The notes below the pieces were generated by a model, which was not told the origin of the DNA, ran no database searches, and worked only from the letters and a program-made list of their open reading frames with translations. Shown piece by piece: positions 10,079-19,608 of a stretch of 45,681 bases of DNA. Made by a program: the position numbers and the translations under genes. Positions within the stretch are counted from its first letter, which is position 1. Every line of letters begins with the position of its first letter. The stretch comes from Patescibacteria group bacterium (GTDB lineage Bacteria > Patescibacteriota > Minisyncoccia > 2-02-FULL-40-12 > IGHO2-01-FULL-4-A), in NCBI GenBank assembly GCA_038064015.1, contig JBBTUB010000033.1, positions 1-45,681 of the forward strand. The letters are read 5' to 3'.

Positions 10079-11688
10079 AGTATTTCTTTATTATAACACC
10101 CCTCACAATATACTATTTCCTTGCGATCCGGAGCGTAACTCGTCTCGATATTCTTGCCGCATTTCATACATTGCCGATCGAAGAGCGCAGGCAGATTGCG
10201 CCACGAGACGAGCTCTTTGTAGCGGCAGTTGAAGCAGAGTGTCAGGAATGGGATTTTGTTTTGCTTGCAGAATTCGATCTCGCGCGGGATCATCTTGAAT
10301 CCGCCGGAACAGAGATGATCGCAAGCTTGTCCATGCTCGCACGCAATTACATCCTCGGAGATTTTAACCTCTTTGTGTTCTTGTTCCTTCCAGTTGAATC
10401 CCCGCTTAATCGCTTCTTCTTTTGTTAATGGAAAATAGTCCTGCGCTTGGGTTTCATTGTATCCAAACGGACTCATACTCGCGGGAAAGAACTCCCCATA
10501 CTCTCCACGTTTTTTCATGTCATCAATAATCTGTGTGCGAAGTTTTTTATATTCATCTGGTGAATATTGTTTATTCAAGATGCAATATTTTTTACTACGT
10601 AACCCTACACAGCCAAACAAATTACTTGATTGAGTACACATCGCGATATACTGACAATCCAAAATACTATCTCCGCAGTCATTCACCGCAACGACATTGG
10701 ACATCTGGAGTCCTGCACACAGCGACTCATAGGCTAGCTCAACTGAACTTCCGACTGACGTAATATCCATAAAATCTTTGACTGGGGTATAAATCACGCT
10801 TTGTGAATAGGCACCATTTTGTGCGCCGTTGGCAAAGAAGCACATGCGCAAATCAGCGGAATTGACGATATAATCCCCTGTTACGTCTTTGTTTTGAAAT
10901 CCATGCATATACTTAACCGGATACTTGAGCCACGTAGTTATCGCCTGCTTTTTCGCGCTTTCAAAATTACTCAATAACTCTTCCAATTTTTTCTTGTAGT
11001 CTTCTTTGGAATATTGCTGATTGAAAATATGATAGCTTTTGTTGCGCAGTCCGGTACATCCAAAACATGACGTGCACCCGCTACAATCCTGCAAAAACCA
11101 TGAGTCAACGCATGAATTACTGTTACGCGAGAAAAACAATCTATACGACTCATCAGTATTGATGCACCAATAGCACAGTTCGCAGTGCTTGGAGTTAATC
11201 ATGTTGAAGCATTGCTTTCCGAACTGCACTGATACGCAATATGCACAGTCTTCCGTGTTGTTCCCTGTATCAAAACACAGGTAGCAATTCTTGATAAACG
11301 CACTGATGCTGTAATCAGAGTCTACTTTTTGATAGTTCCACTGCTCTGTCCACGGCACCGAATAGAAAAGCTCCTTCCATTGATCGAAGAAGGTCCGCGA
11401 TGCATCATAGTCTCTTCCGTATTCCATTGGATCCCAACTATCGCCAATCCAATGCTCGTAGCAGTATACTGGTATTGCCACACCCGGCGGCATATGCGTA
11501 AAGAATTCCTCCCCTCCCGCATCGCACGTCCGCTTATACAGGATCGTCATATTCCTCCACGCCATCCTCCGCATCGCCCGACACCGCCAACACAATGTTG
11601 GTTCCGGTACCCCGATCTTGGCATAAAAAGTCAGATCATCAGGGGTGATCTCAAAATTTTGCTGGCAGTTTTTACAAGTCTTATTCAT
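10075..11688 (-). CDS. Cys-rich protein paralogue P4 (537 aa)
   Basis: Family motifs; start at ATG 11688 (MNKTCKNC). Confidence 0.9.
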   Translation of the reverse strand: MNKTCKNCQQNFEITPDDLTFYAKIGVPEPTLCWRCRAMRRMAWRNMTILYKRTCDAGGEEFFTHMPPGVAIPVYCYEHWIGDSWDPMEYGRDYDASRTFFDQWKELFYSVPWTEQWNYQKVDSDYSISAFIKNCYLCFDTGNNTEDCAYCVSVQFGKQCFNMINSKHCELCYWCINTDESYRLFFSRNSNSCVDSWFLQDCSGCTSCFGCTGLRNKSYHIFNQQYSKEDYKKKLEELLSNFESAKKQAITTWLKYPVKYMHGFQNKDVTGDYIVNSADLRMCFFANGAQNGAYSQSVIYTPVKDFMDITSVGSSVELAYESLCAGLQMSNVVAVNDCGDSILDCQYIAMCTQSSNLFGCVGLRSKKYCILNKQYSPDEYKKLRTQIIDDMKKRGEYGEFFPASMSPFGYNETQAQDYFPLTKEEAIKRGFNWKEQEHKEVKISEDVIACEHGQACDHLCSGGFKMIPREIEFCKQNKIPFLTLCFNCRYKELVSWRNLPALFDRQCMKCGKNIETSYAPDRKEIVYCEGCYNKEIL

Positions 11689-11726
11689 TTCAGTCTTTTG
11701 CAAAATTACAGAATGAATCGATTCGA

Positions 11727-13424
11727 TTATACTACCTCGGCATTATAACACCCATCGCAATATACTATTTCGGAGCGGTCGGGGGAATAGGGACTTTCAA
11801 ATTCATTCGGACAGCGATTAGGGTGATGGGAGTGAGCCAACGTGCAATCACATTGTCGATGCCAGAGTTTCATAGGATTTTCCAATGTTAGACGCTCCGC
11901 ATGCCTGCAATAAAAACATTTTCGCGGGATTGGTATGTTCTGCTTTCGGTAAAAGGTGAGTTCGTTGTGCACGATCTTATAGTTTCTGCTGCACCACGTA
12001 CATACCAATACTTCATTCAGAATGGAATCTGCCACGTCGGCAATAGCATCGGGGATTTCATCAGGCTTGATCGTCTCCTGCCCCATGGTTTTTTGTATCT
12101 TATCCCACCAGGTAAATCCTTTATCTAATGCTTCTTGCTTTGATAGGGGGAAATAATCGTTTGCCACCGTTTCGTTGTACCCAAAATGCGATAAATTCGC
12201 CGGGAAAAATTCGCCATACTCCCCTGTTGTTTTCATATGCGCTATTATTTTTTCTTTCAAAGCTTTGTATTCTTCCTTCGAATATTGCTTATTTAAAATA
12301 CAATATTGACCATGTCGCATTGCCGAACAACCGAACAAATCTTTTGAGGAGTGGCAATTTTCCGTATACGTGAGTTCCTGGCTTTTTAAAGAATAAATGG
12401 CAAACAAAACATGATTATCATGATCTGCCGTAAGAGCTTCATAACATTCCTCGCTTTTCCCGCCGGGAGCAAGATCATAACTATCCTTGAGCCACATGCC
12501 GCGCCATTGGAAACGCATATTCTCTGAGGAAAATGCCATGATGGATTTTTTCACGTTTTTGCTATCAATAATACAATCCCCCGTGCAATCAACAGAATTT
12601 TGTATGTGTGCGTATCGCCGCGGTTGTTGTAATAAGAAATCAGCAAACTCTTTCTTTGCCCGCTCTCTGCCTGCATACGTATCAAGCCGGTAACTTTTCA
12701 ATATTTTTTCGTACTCATCCTTAGTGTATGGTTTATTTAAGATGCAATATTTTTTCTGCCGTAGATTCACGCACATAAAACAGTCAGAGCACCCCTTGCA
12801 GTCATAGAGAAAGAACGAGTCGCTGATACCGCTGGAATAATAACAATAACTACAATTATATGAACGCTCAGTAAAGATGCATTCATATAATTTTTCGGCA
12901 TGCGTAAAGATGTCCATGCAATCAACCAAATCCCGAGCGTCGGGACCACCAATACAGTAATAATACATCATATCCTCGCTGTACCAGGTCATCGCTCCCA
13001 TATAGCAGTTTTTGGCAAAGGTTGTGTTCTGCGTATACTCGCAATTCACACTCCCAACCCCATTGTCGTTAAACATGGCAGGAAGCGGTACTTGATTTTG
13101 CAACTCTCGAAACTGCTCAAAAAAAGGTCGTGAAAAATCGAAATCTTTGCCATAGCTTTTCGGATCCCATGCATCGCTCCACCAACAGGTATTGCAGTAG
13201 ACCGTGAGCTTCTTTTCGGGATGATACAGAGAAATGATTTTCTTCCCGCACAGATCACAGGTACGATTGTAAAACGTCAGATCATTCCGCCACACAAGCC
13301 GCCTCTGAAGGCGGCAATCCGGACACAATTTCGGCGGCGGGACAGCGATCTTGGTGTAAAACGTAACATCATCGGATTCGATGATGAATGATTGCTGGCA
13401 GTTTTTACAAGGTTTTGTTTCCAT
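11727..13424 (-). CDS. Cys-rich protein paralogue P5 (565 aa)
   Basis: Family motifs; C-terminal CDCTLAHSHHPNRCPNEF variant. Confidence 0.92.
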   Translation of the reverse strand: METKPCKNCQQSFIIESDDVTFYTKIAVPPPKLCPDCRLQRRLVWRNDLTFYNRTCDLCGKKIISLYHPEKKLTVYCNTCWWSDAWDPKSYGKDFDFSRPFFEQFRELQNQVPLPAMFNDNGVGSVNCEYTQNTTFAKNCYMGAMTWYSEDMMYYYCIGGPDARDLVDCMDIFTHAEKLYECIFTERSYNCSYCYYSSGISDSFFLYDCKGCSDCFMCVNLRQKKYCILNKPYTKDEYEKILKSYRLDTYAGRERAKKEFADFLLQQPRRYAHIQNSVDCTGDCIIDSKNVKKSIMAFSSENMRFQWRGMWLKDSYDLAPGGKSEECYEALTADHDNHVLFAIYSLKSQELTYTENCHSSKDLFGCSAMRHGQYCILNKQYSKEEYKALKEKIIAHMKTTGEYGEFFPANLSHFGYNETVANDYFPLSKQEALDKGFTWWDKIQKTMGQETIKPDEIPDAIADVADSILNEVLVCTWCSRNYKIVHNELTFYRKQNIPIPRKCFYCRHAERLTLENPMKLWHRQCDCTLAHSHHPNRCPNEFESPYSPDRSEIVYCDGCYNAEVV

Positions 13425-13877
13425 TTACTTCATTATTACGAGCAATATAAAAATCATAGCAAGCCCCAGGAAAAGCGCCAATTCCGAGTATGAGCGGTAT
13501 TTGATCGGGCCGCGGAGATTCCAGTTGCTCAATGGCCGAAATGGCCAAAAATCAGATGCGTCGAGACCGTCCAAGAGTAAGTGATTCGCATAGCCTGCGA
13601 TGAACGACACAGCGAGAGCAGGAAAAAATATATACGCGATAAGCGAAATAACGCCAAAACTCCAAATCGAATGGAAAAAACTTCGTAGTCCTTGATATGG
13701 ATCATCTTCATGAAGCGTCGTGCGCCATAACAACTTTGGCTTTGTGAGCAGTCCCTCGCGCGCATAGACATAGAGATGATCTACATCAATTAGCAACGCT
13801 CCCGCTATCGCCACGCCATACTGCCCGGTAAGTTTTCCAACAATCAGCCCGGCTATGATGTGCGTGGGAAATGTCAT
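13425..13877 (-). CDS. Membrane-bound metal-dependent hydrolase (YdjM-like)
   Basis: TH..G N-terminus, LIDVDH, FFHS, NHLLLD motifs, hydrophobic helices. Confidence 0.75.
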   Translation of the reverse strand: MTFPTHIIAGLIVGKLTGQYGVAIAGALLIDVDHLYVYAREGLLTKPKLLWRTTLHEDDPYQGLRSFFHSIWSFGVISLIAYIFFPALAVSFIAGYANHLLLDGLDASDFWPFRPLSNWNLRGPIKYRSYSELALFLGLAMIFILLVIMK

Positions 13878-13891
13878 TATGCTTTATTTGA

Positions 13892-13921
13892 TATTCGCTT
13901 ATTCGCGCGAATTAGAGAATA
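13892..13921. repeat. 30-bp imperfect palindrome, uninterrupted copy
   Basis: TATTCGCTTATTCGCGCGAATTAGAGAATA with perfect core ATTCGCGCGAAT; second, interrupted copy at 14626-14689. Confidence 0.85.
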
Positions 13922-13926
13922 GAATA

Positions 13927-14622
13927 TCACGCGTACTCTATCATCTTTTTTTGCACTTTTTTATTTTGTTCCGAATGATTTTTCAGAAAATTATGGATCG
14001 CGTGAGAAGCGGCGGGGACAATGAGATTTTCTTTGGACAGTGCATGAGTAACTGAACTGTGGATAAGGTCAATCATCGGTGACGGAATCACTTCGTCGTT
14101 TTCACCAATGATGGTAAGTAATCGGCCTTTGAACTGTTTTAAGATATCCCATGCGTCAGAATCACGCCAGCTTTCAGGTTTCCGAATAATTTCCGTAAAC
14201 CCACCTCCAAATGGCACCGTATATGCCTCTTTACTATACATTGCCGGAGCGAAAAGAATCAAAGCTTGTATCGAAAATAATTCCAAAAGCTTCACGGCAA
14301 TATATCCGCCCATGCTTGACCCGCAAAGAATGAGTGGCAATCTGTTATGATGGAAATCAATTACTGCTTGAGCTTCATTGACTCGTTTCTCCAGACTTGA
14401 GTCGGTCAGCGTGCCGGAACTTTCTCCATGTCCGCTGAAATCAAACACCAAAACTGAAATATTATGCGCAAGCAAATTCGGAATTTGATATTCAAACCGT
14501 GAATGATCGCTCGTTCCCGCACCATGCAACGATACCAGCAATGCCTTCGGATTTTCTGCATTCCAAAATTTCGTAAAAATGGTTTTTGAATCGACGGGGA
14601 TTTTTTCTTCGGTTATATTCAT
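13927..14622 (-). CDS. Alpha/beta-fold hydrolase
   Basis: LHGAG, FDFSGHGES, nucleophile GSSMGG, GENDEVI, ASHAI (Ser-Asp-His triad). Confidence 0.92.
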   Translation of the reverse strand: MNITEEKIPVDSKTIFTKFWNAENPKALLVSLHGAGTSDHSRFEYQIPNLLAHNISVLVFDFSGHGESSGTLTDSSLEKRVNEAQAVIDFHHNRLPLILCGSSMGGYIAVKLLELFSIQALILFAPAMYSKEAYTVPFGGGFTEIIRKPESWRDSDAWDILKQFKGRLLTIIGENDEVIPSPMIDLIHSSVTHALSKENLIVPAASHAIHNFLKNHSEQNKKVQKKMIEYA

Positions 14623-14624
14623 GT

Positions 14625-15254
14625 TTATTCGCTTATTCCCTCCTCCGCCAAGGCTTCGGACGGGCGAGCGCGCGAATTAGAGATAGGATTTTTCCGAAAT
14701 TGCATAATATATGAACCGCTGTAAGTCTTGAGTGTGGTGCCCGAAAAATTATATTTTTGCCAAAGCTCAGTAAATTCTTTCGGAGTGAAGAATTGGCTTC
14801 CCAGACGCAAGATTTTTTCAAACACCACGACTCCCCAACCACGTAGCGTTTTAGGATTAAATTCTGCTACGACGACAGAACCCTGCGGGGCAAGAGCGCG
14901 ATAGGTCTCGCGGATTGCTTGCTCCTTGTCTCCGATATGATGAAATACATCGTGCATCATAACCAGATCAAAAGATGCGTTAGGAAAAGGAATTTGTTCG
15001 GCTCGTCCAAGGACGCACTCGATGCCACGCTTGGTGCATTCCGCAATCATCCCCGGCGACGGATCGAGGACAACGGCGCGCTTCACCCGAGGCGCAATCC
15101 ATGACAAAATCTTCCCCGTCCCTCCGCCAATATCCAGCACCGACATTGATTTATTCAAAATCCCCAGCTCTTCAAGCGCCTCGACAATCTCCTGCTTCTT
15201 CTTGCGGATATTGAAGTACCACGCCATTTTTGAAAAAAGTGAGTATTGGTTCAT
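14625..15254 (-). CDS. Class I SAM-dependent methyltransferase (type 11-like)
   Basis: VLDIGGGTG, LDPSPGM, AEQIPFPNASFDLV, FHH; last ~20 aa are encoded by repeat DNA. Confidence 0.9.
   Translation of the reverse strand: MNQYSLFSKMAWYFNIRKKKQEIVEALEELGILNKSMSVLDIGGGTGKILSWIAPRVKRAVVLDPSPGMIAECTKRGIECVLGRAEQIPFPNASFDLVMMHDVFHHIGDKEQAIRETYRALAPQGSVVVAEFNPKTLRGWGVVVFEKILRLGSQFFTPKEFTELWQKYNFSGTTLKTYSGSYIMQFRKNPISNSRARPSEALAEEGISE
14626..14689. repeat. Second copy of the 13892 palindrome, interrupted by a 31-bp element (14638-14668)
   Basis: TATTCGCTTATT[CCCTCCTCCGCCAAGGCTTCGGACGGGCGAG]CGCGCGAATTAGAGATAGGAT. Confidence 0.85.
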
Positions 15255-16948
15255 GCTACTTCCGCATTAAAACATCCATCGCAATAGACTATCTCAGGGC
15301 TATCAGGTGAATAGCTGGTCTCAATAGTTTTACCGCATTTTGCACAATTACGATGATAGGTAAATGCCTTCTGGCGCTTAGCAATTCGTGTTTCATGGCG
15401 GCAATTTACGCACATTCGTGGCAAAGGAATTTCTTCTTTCCGTAAGAAAACAAGCTCAGAAGGGATAATTCTATATCCCCGACCACATTTTTCGCAACTA
15501 ATAATCTCTTTTAAGATTGGGTCTTTTACTTCTCTGATAGAGTCGGAAAGTTCATGAGCTTGGATGGAAGGGGCATATTCAGGGGGTGGTGGATCGTACC
15601 ATCGATAGTTATTGCGCGTCGCTTCTTCTTTCGTGATCGGAAAGTGCTCGATTGCCAGCGTCCTGTTATAGTGGACCGTTGAAAGCTCAATAGGGAAAAA
15701 TTCGCCATACCGATACACGCGACCACGCGCGTCAGTGTACGGCATATCATGCATATGCTTGATAATTTTGGCGCGCAGTGATTCGTAATCTTCTTTTGAG
15801 TACTGCTTATTAAAAATACAATATTGTTTTTTACGGACCCCTACGCACCCAAAAAGATCAGAGGAAGAATGACAGTACTGACAATATTCCAGATTCTTCA
15901 CTTCCATGTAGCAGCCTAAACAAAAATGTACGTTGAATGTGCCTTGGCCGCACTCCATATTTTCATACGATAGTGCATTGCTCTCTCCCCACACGGTGAG
16001 ATCATAGCAGTCCTTCGTGGATGGCAAAAATTGTATATACTGGCAATATGCCAGATGCTCTCCTTCCACCACAATGTACCCCTGCTTGATATTTTTTGAA
16101 TTATGAATATATTGACCGCTTACATTAACGTTTTTAGTACCCTCAAGATATTTTGTCGGAAATTTTTTCCAAAACTGTGCAGCTTGGGTGCCAATCTTTG
16201 AAAATTCTTTCCAAGAATACAACTTCATCTCTGCAAGTTTTTCCTCGTATTCTTCCTTCGTGTATTGCACATTCCAAATACAATAGCTTTTGTTGCGCAA
16301 ATTTACACAGCCGAAACAATTCGTAGACCCGCGACAATTTTTAGAAAACCACACATTCGTACAATCCGTACACTGGACTGAAAAATGAGTTTGATAACAG
16401 CGCTCCAGCCAAAGGGAATTGTAACACCGCTCACATTTGATAATATGCGAATTATCATAGCAGTCCTTTGACATATCGACGCCATTGCCGTACGCGCAGT
16501 CTTCATCATCATTGGCATTAAAAATCAGATAGCAGTTTTTACAGCGACCTGCGTTGCCAGAGTATTCGCTGTTAATATCGTGCACAACATTGCGAGCATC
16601 ACGTGGCACCTGGCGCACCAATTCCATAAACTGCTCAAAAAAATTCCTAGAAACATCGTAGTCTCTGCCATAGTCCATGGCGTCCCACCCATCCCCCCAC
16701 CATTCTTTTTCTTCGTAAATAGTAACGTTTGAATCTGGCGGGTAGATCGTCAAAAGATCTTTTCCGGAAAGCGCGCTCTTGCCCCGATACAAATGCCGTT
16801 CGTTCCGAAACGCGCATCGTCGCTGGAACCTACACTTCCAGCAAAACGTCGGCGGCGGAACGGTGATTTTTTTATAAAACTCAAAATCCTCAGGATCAAT
16901 CGTGAAGGATGTTTTGCAATTTTGACAGGTTTTTTGCTCGCCTTTCAT
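15251..16948 (-). CDS. Cys-rich protein paralogue P6 (565 aa)
   Basis: Family motifs; second N-terminal Cys cluster degenerate (SALSG / YEEKE). Confidence 0.92.
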   Translation of the reverse strand: MKGEQKTCQNCKTSFTIDPEDFEFYKKITVPPPTFCWKCRFQRRCAFRNERHLYRGKSALSGKDLLTIYPPDSNVTIYEEKEWWGDGWDAMDYGRDYDVSRNFFEQFMELVRQVPRDARNVVHDINSEYSGNAGRCKNCYLIFNANDDEDCAYGNGVDMSKDCYDNSHIIKCERCYNSLWLERCYQTHFSVQCTDCTNVWFSKNCRGSTNCFGCVNLRNKSYCIWNVQYTKEEYEEKLAEMKLYSWKEFSKIGTQAAQFWKKFPTKYLEGTKNVNVSGQYIHNSKNIKQGYIVVEGEHLAYCQYIQFLPSTKDCYDLTVWGESNALSYENMECGQGTFNVHFCLGCYMEVKNLEYCQYCHSSSDLFGCVGVRKKQYCIFNKQYSKEDYESLRAKIIKHMHDMPYTDARGRVYRYGEFFPIELSTVHYNRTLAIEHFPITKEEATRNNYRWYDPPPPEYAPSIQAHELSDSIREVKDPILKEIISCEKCGRGYRIIPSELVFLRKEEIPLPRMCVNCRHETRIAKRQKAFTYHRNCAKCGKTIETSYSPDSPEIVYCDGCFNAEVA

Positions 16949-17196
16949 TTTTGTTCTGATTCCAATATTTTTCGCTTCGCGGCAACACCGCGGTTGTAGC
17001 CGCCTAAGCTTCCATCAGATCGGATGACGCGGTGGCAGGGAATGGCGGGGTTGTGATTTTTATTGAGGATATTCCCTACCGCGCGATACGCCTCCGGCCG
17101 CCCGGCTTTGCGCGCAACTTGCGCATAGGTCATCGTCTTTCCCTTGGGAATTTTCTTGACGACGGTGTAGACGACTTGGGTAAATGATAATCTCAT
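16945..17196 (-). CDS. Methylated-DNA-protein-cysteine methyltransferase (MGMT/Ogt) C-terminal domain protein
   Basis: IPKGKTMTYAQVA..G.P.AYRAVG, active-site PCHRV, GGYNRG. Confidence 0.92.
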   Translation of the reverse strand: MRLSFTQVVYTVVKKIPKGKTMTYAQVARKAGRPEAYRAVGNILNKNHNPAIPCHRVIRSDGSLGGYNRGVAAKRKILESEQK

Positions 17197-17810
17197 AAAA
17201 TTTCTGCGATTACTCTCGCCGGGGCGGCTTCGGTGTCCAGGCGCAAGGGAAAGGCAAGAACGCGAAATGGTGACTGAGCCGGGAGCTTCTCAAAGTTGGT
17301 AAGGTTTTCGATGATAAGAATATCCTTGCCGAGCAAGAGCTTGTGAGTATCGTACGGCATGCGATCGGGACTTGCCCAATCAAGGCCGATCATACCGACA
17401 CCACGCTCAATCAAAAGCTCGGCAAGCGCGCGCGAGATCTCGGGATACTTGGTAAAGTAGGCTTCGTCTCCATACTGCTTATCAAAATCCGACCGAAACA
17501 GGATGATGTCGCCAGGCGCGATACTTACATCGACGAGAACTTCTGGGCCGATGATTTCTTTGCCGCGGACATCAATAACATGCCCCCGACCGATAAACTT
17601 CTCCGGCGGGTACTCACAAATCTTCTTGCCGCCAGCGATCATGTGCAACGGCGCGTCAATATGCGTCCCGACATGCATATTGGTCTCAATTCGAAAATCA
17701 TTGAAGCCGTCTTTTTCAAAAAATGCCGTTTGCTTGAGCTCTGCATTCGGATCCCCGGGATAGACGGGCATGTCCTTGGTAAAAAGATGCGTGAGGTCGA
17801 TGTAGGTCAT
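17193..17810 (-). CDS. Cyclase family protein (kynurenine formamidase-like)
   Basis: DLTH, VYPGDP, HVGTHIDAPLH metal motif, IIENL, APAR. Confidence 0.92.
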   Translation of the reverse strand: MTYIDLTHLFTKDMPVYPGDPNAELKQTAFFEKDGFNDFRIETNMHVGTHIDAPLHMIAGGKKICEYPPEKFIGRGHVIDVRGKEIIGPEVLVDVSIAPGDIILFRSDFDKQYGDEAYFTKYPEISRALAELLIERGVGMIGLDWASPDRMPYDTHKLLLGKDILIIENLTNFEKLPAQSPFRVLAFPLRLDTEAAPARVIAEIL

Positions 17811-17821
17811 AGTACTTCCCT

Positions 17822-17830
17822 ATTATAACA
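17822..17830 (-). promoter_or_regulatory. Extended -10 promoter element TGTTATAAT
   Basis: Perfect TGnTATAAT 11 nt upstream of the cyclase ATG, just after a terminator. Confidence 0.6.
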
Positions 17831-17837
17831 CTTCCCG

Positions 17838-17869
17838 AAAACTACCCGGCACGGGCGCCGGGTAGTTTT
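17838..17869. terminator. Intrinsic terminator hairpin
   Basis: AAAACTACCCGGC-acgggc-GCCGGGTAGTTTT perfect 13-bp inverted repeat downstream of 17902-19461. Confidence 0.85.
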
Positions 17870-17901
17870 GTTTCGCATTCATTATCGTGAACTCGTGTGG
17901 G

Positions 17902-19461
17902 CTAGAGGCCGAAGACCCTTTGCAATTCATCGCCGAACGCTTTTTGGAAGGCGGTCTTAAAGAGTTCTGCTCCGGTAGGAATGGTTATCTGTGTAATATC
18001 TTGAGACGGGAAACTTGAAATGGTCAGCGTTATCGCTCCGTGGATTCCTCCGAGAGCGTCCAGGGGAAATACCAGGTTAATTTTTTCCATATCATAGTCG
18101 TTTGTTGCAACCCAGACATCAAGCGGGAAGTTGGTGACGGCGTCCATATCACCAGTGGAAAAAACATCCTGAATACTAGTATGAAGTTGAGCAAGATTCG
18201 CCGAAGCGGCTACCTTCATCTCGGCAATCTGTGCATCGGTATAGCCGGTGAGCACCCCTGCATTTTTTAAGACATCGATAAATCGTCCATGAATGTTTTC
18301 TCTCACCGCATAGTCGGTAAACGCGTGTGTGAAAGCCTCCAGATTTAACTTATTGAGCTGCACGGTCATATGGCGAGTAGCTTGGCCGTTTATGGTCTCG
18401 ATGCCGTGATCAGCTCGTACCACGAAGAGTGGGTAGGCGCCAATGATGTTTTGCGCGGCTGGTTTACTGAATTCTTCGTGCAAGAACGCCACGATTAATG
18501 CTTGTGTTTTTTCCGCGTTCGTGCCCAGAAGCGAATCTAGCTCAAGTGGCGCACCTGCCGCGAATTCATTGAGGTCAACTTGATACCACTTATTTTCATA
18601 TTGCGAAAGATTGAGTCCGGCAAGTGCCGTGGGCCGCAGATACAGCGTATTCTCGAAGAGGCGATATTCGATGCTCCAGGGACCAACGCTCATCGCTGGC
18701 ATGGTGGGGGAAGTTGCAGAATAGCGTTCCAGCACCAGTCGTCCTATATCTTTCTTGAGCGCGGCATGGGAGGTTCCTTCTCGCTTTACTGCGAATTCAA
18801 CATGAGATCCATTCTCCAATTCTGTCCAATTCCCCGCAAGACGTATTTCTGAACTCCGTATTGCCGCGGTTGAGAAAATTTGGTTTGAGAAAAGCCGCTT
18901 CTGGGTCTCCAGCATCATCTGATTGAACGCTGGGTCGATATTGGCGGTGCGATAATATGGAGGAATCTGAGACAGGGACGTATATGCCTCCCCTTTGGGG
19001 TACCAGTTAAACTCTCGGTTGTTGATACAGAACGTTTTCTTTTCAAAGTTCGAATCCAAAGATAACGCGGTTTCTTTCGATACATTGATCCGATGGAGGA
19101 GACCGGTATCTTCGCCTTTCACCTCCAGGGCGTAGACGACACCATCTTTTGTTTCGCAATTCGTGAATAACGTGGTAGTTGTAAAAGCATCGCGAGTTTG
19201 GGCCGAAATGGGCTTCACGGCCGCAAATCCTTTCAAGTGACCGTACATATTAAAGATGACCGGGTTGAGAAACAGCCGCTTGTAGCCGTCGCTATTGATA
19301 ATATAGATATCCGGATCAGAGGACCCGTTTGCGCTTACCGTATTCCCCTCTTGCAAGTTAAACGCAGCCGGAGTTACCGCCGCGCTTACAAAGGCATTCT
19401 GGAACACCAAGACCAGCCCGATGACGGCAAAAAGCACGCCAGCTTTATAAAATTTATTCAT
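17902..19461 (-). CDS. Secreted/surface protein (519 aa)
   Basis: Signal-peptide-like MNKFYKAGVLFAVIGLVLVFQNAFVSA; TGGTATGAT 7 nt upstream of ATG 19461; C-terminal half loosely resembles LolA/LprG-like beta-rich folds (uncertain). Confidence 0.75.
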   Translation of the reverse strand: MNKFYKAGVLFAVIGLVLVFQNAFVSAAVTPAAFNLQEGNTVSANGSSDPDIYIINSDGYKRLFLNPVIFNMYGHLKGFAAVKPISAQTRDAFTTTTLFTNCETKDGVVYALEVKGEDTGLLHRINVSKETALSLDSNFEKKTFCINNREFNWYPKGEAYTSLSQIPPYYRTANIDPAFNQMMLETQKRLFSNQIFSTAAIRSSEIRLAGNWTELENGSHVEFAVKREGTSHAALKKDIGRLVLERYSATSPTMPAMSVGPWSIEYRLFENTLYLRPTALAGLNLSQYENKWYQVDLNEFAAGAPLELDSLLGTNAEKTQALIVAFLHEEFSKPAAQNIIGAYPLFVVRADHGIETINGQATRHMTVQLNKLNLEAFTHAFTDYAVRENIHGRFIDVLKNAGVLTGYTDAQIAEMKVAASANLAQLHTSIQDVFSTGDMDAVTNFPLDVWVATNDYDMEKINLVFPLDALGGIHGAITLTISSFPSQDITQITIPTGAELFKTAFQKAFGDELQRVFGL

Positions 19462-19608
19462 GGTGCATATCATACCATACGTCATAGGTATTGCAAGCCC
19501 ACCTATCAACAACTCATCGAAACCTCTTATACCACCAAATTTTGGCACGAAATGAGATAATTCTCCATGCCATTGGAAACAGATAGCGCATTTTTTTGAA
19601 CCATGTTT

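Noticed and set aside
13892-14689. Canonical integron attC sites
   Set aside because: Too short, no RYYYAAC...GTTRRRY ends, and no integrase in the window.
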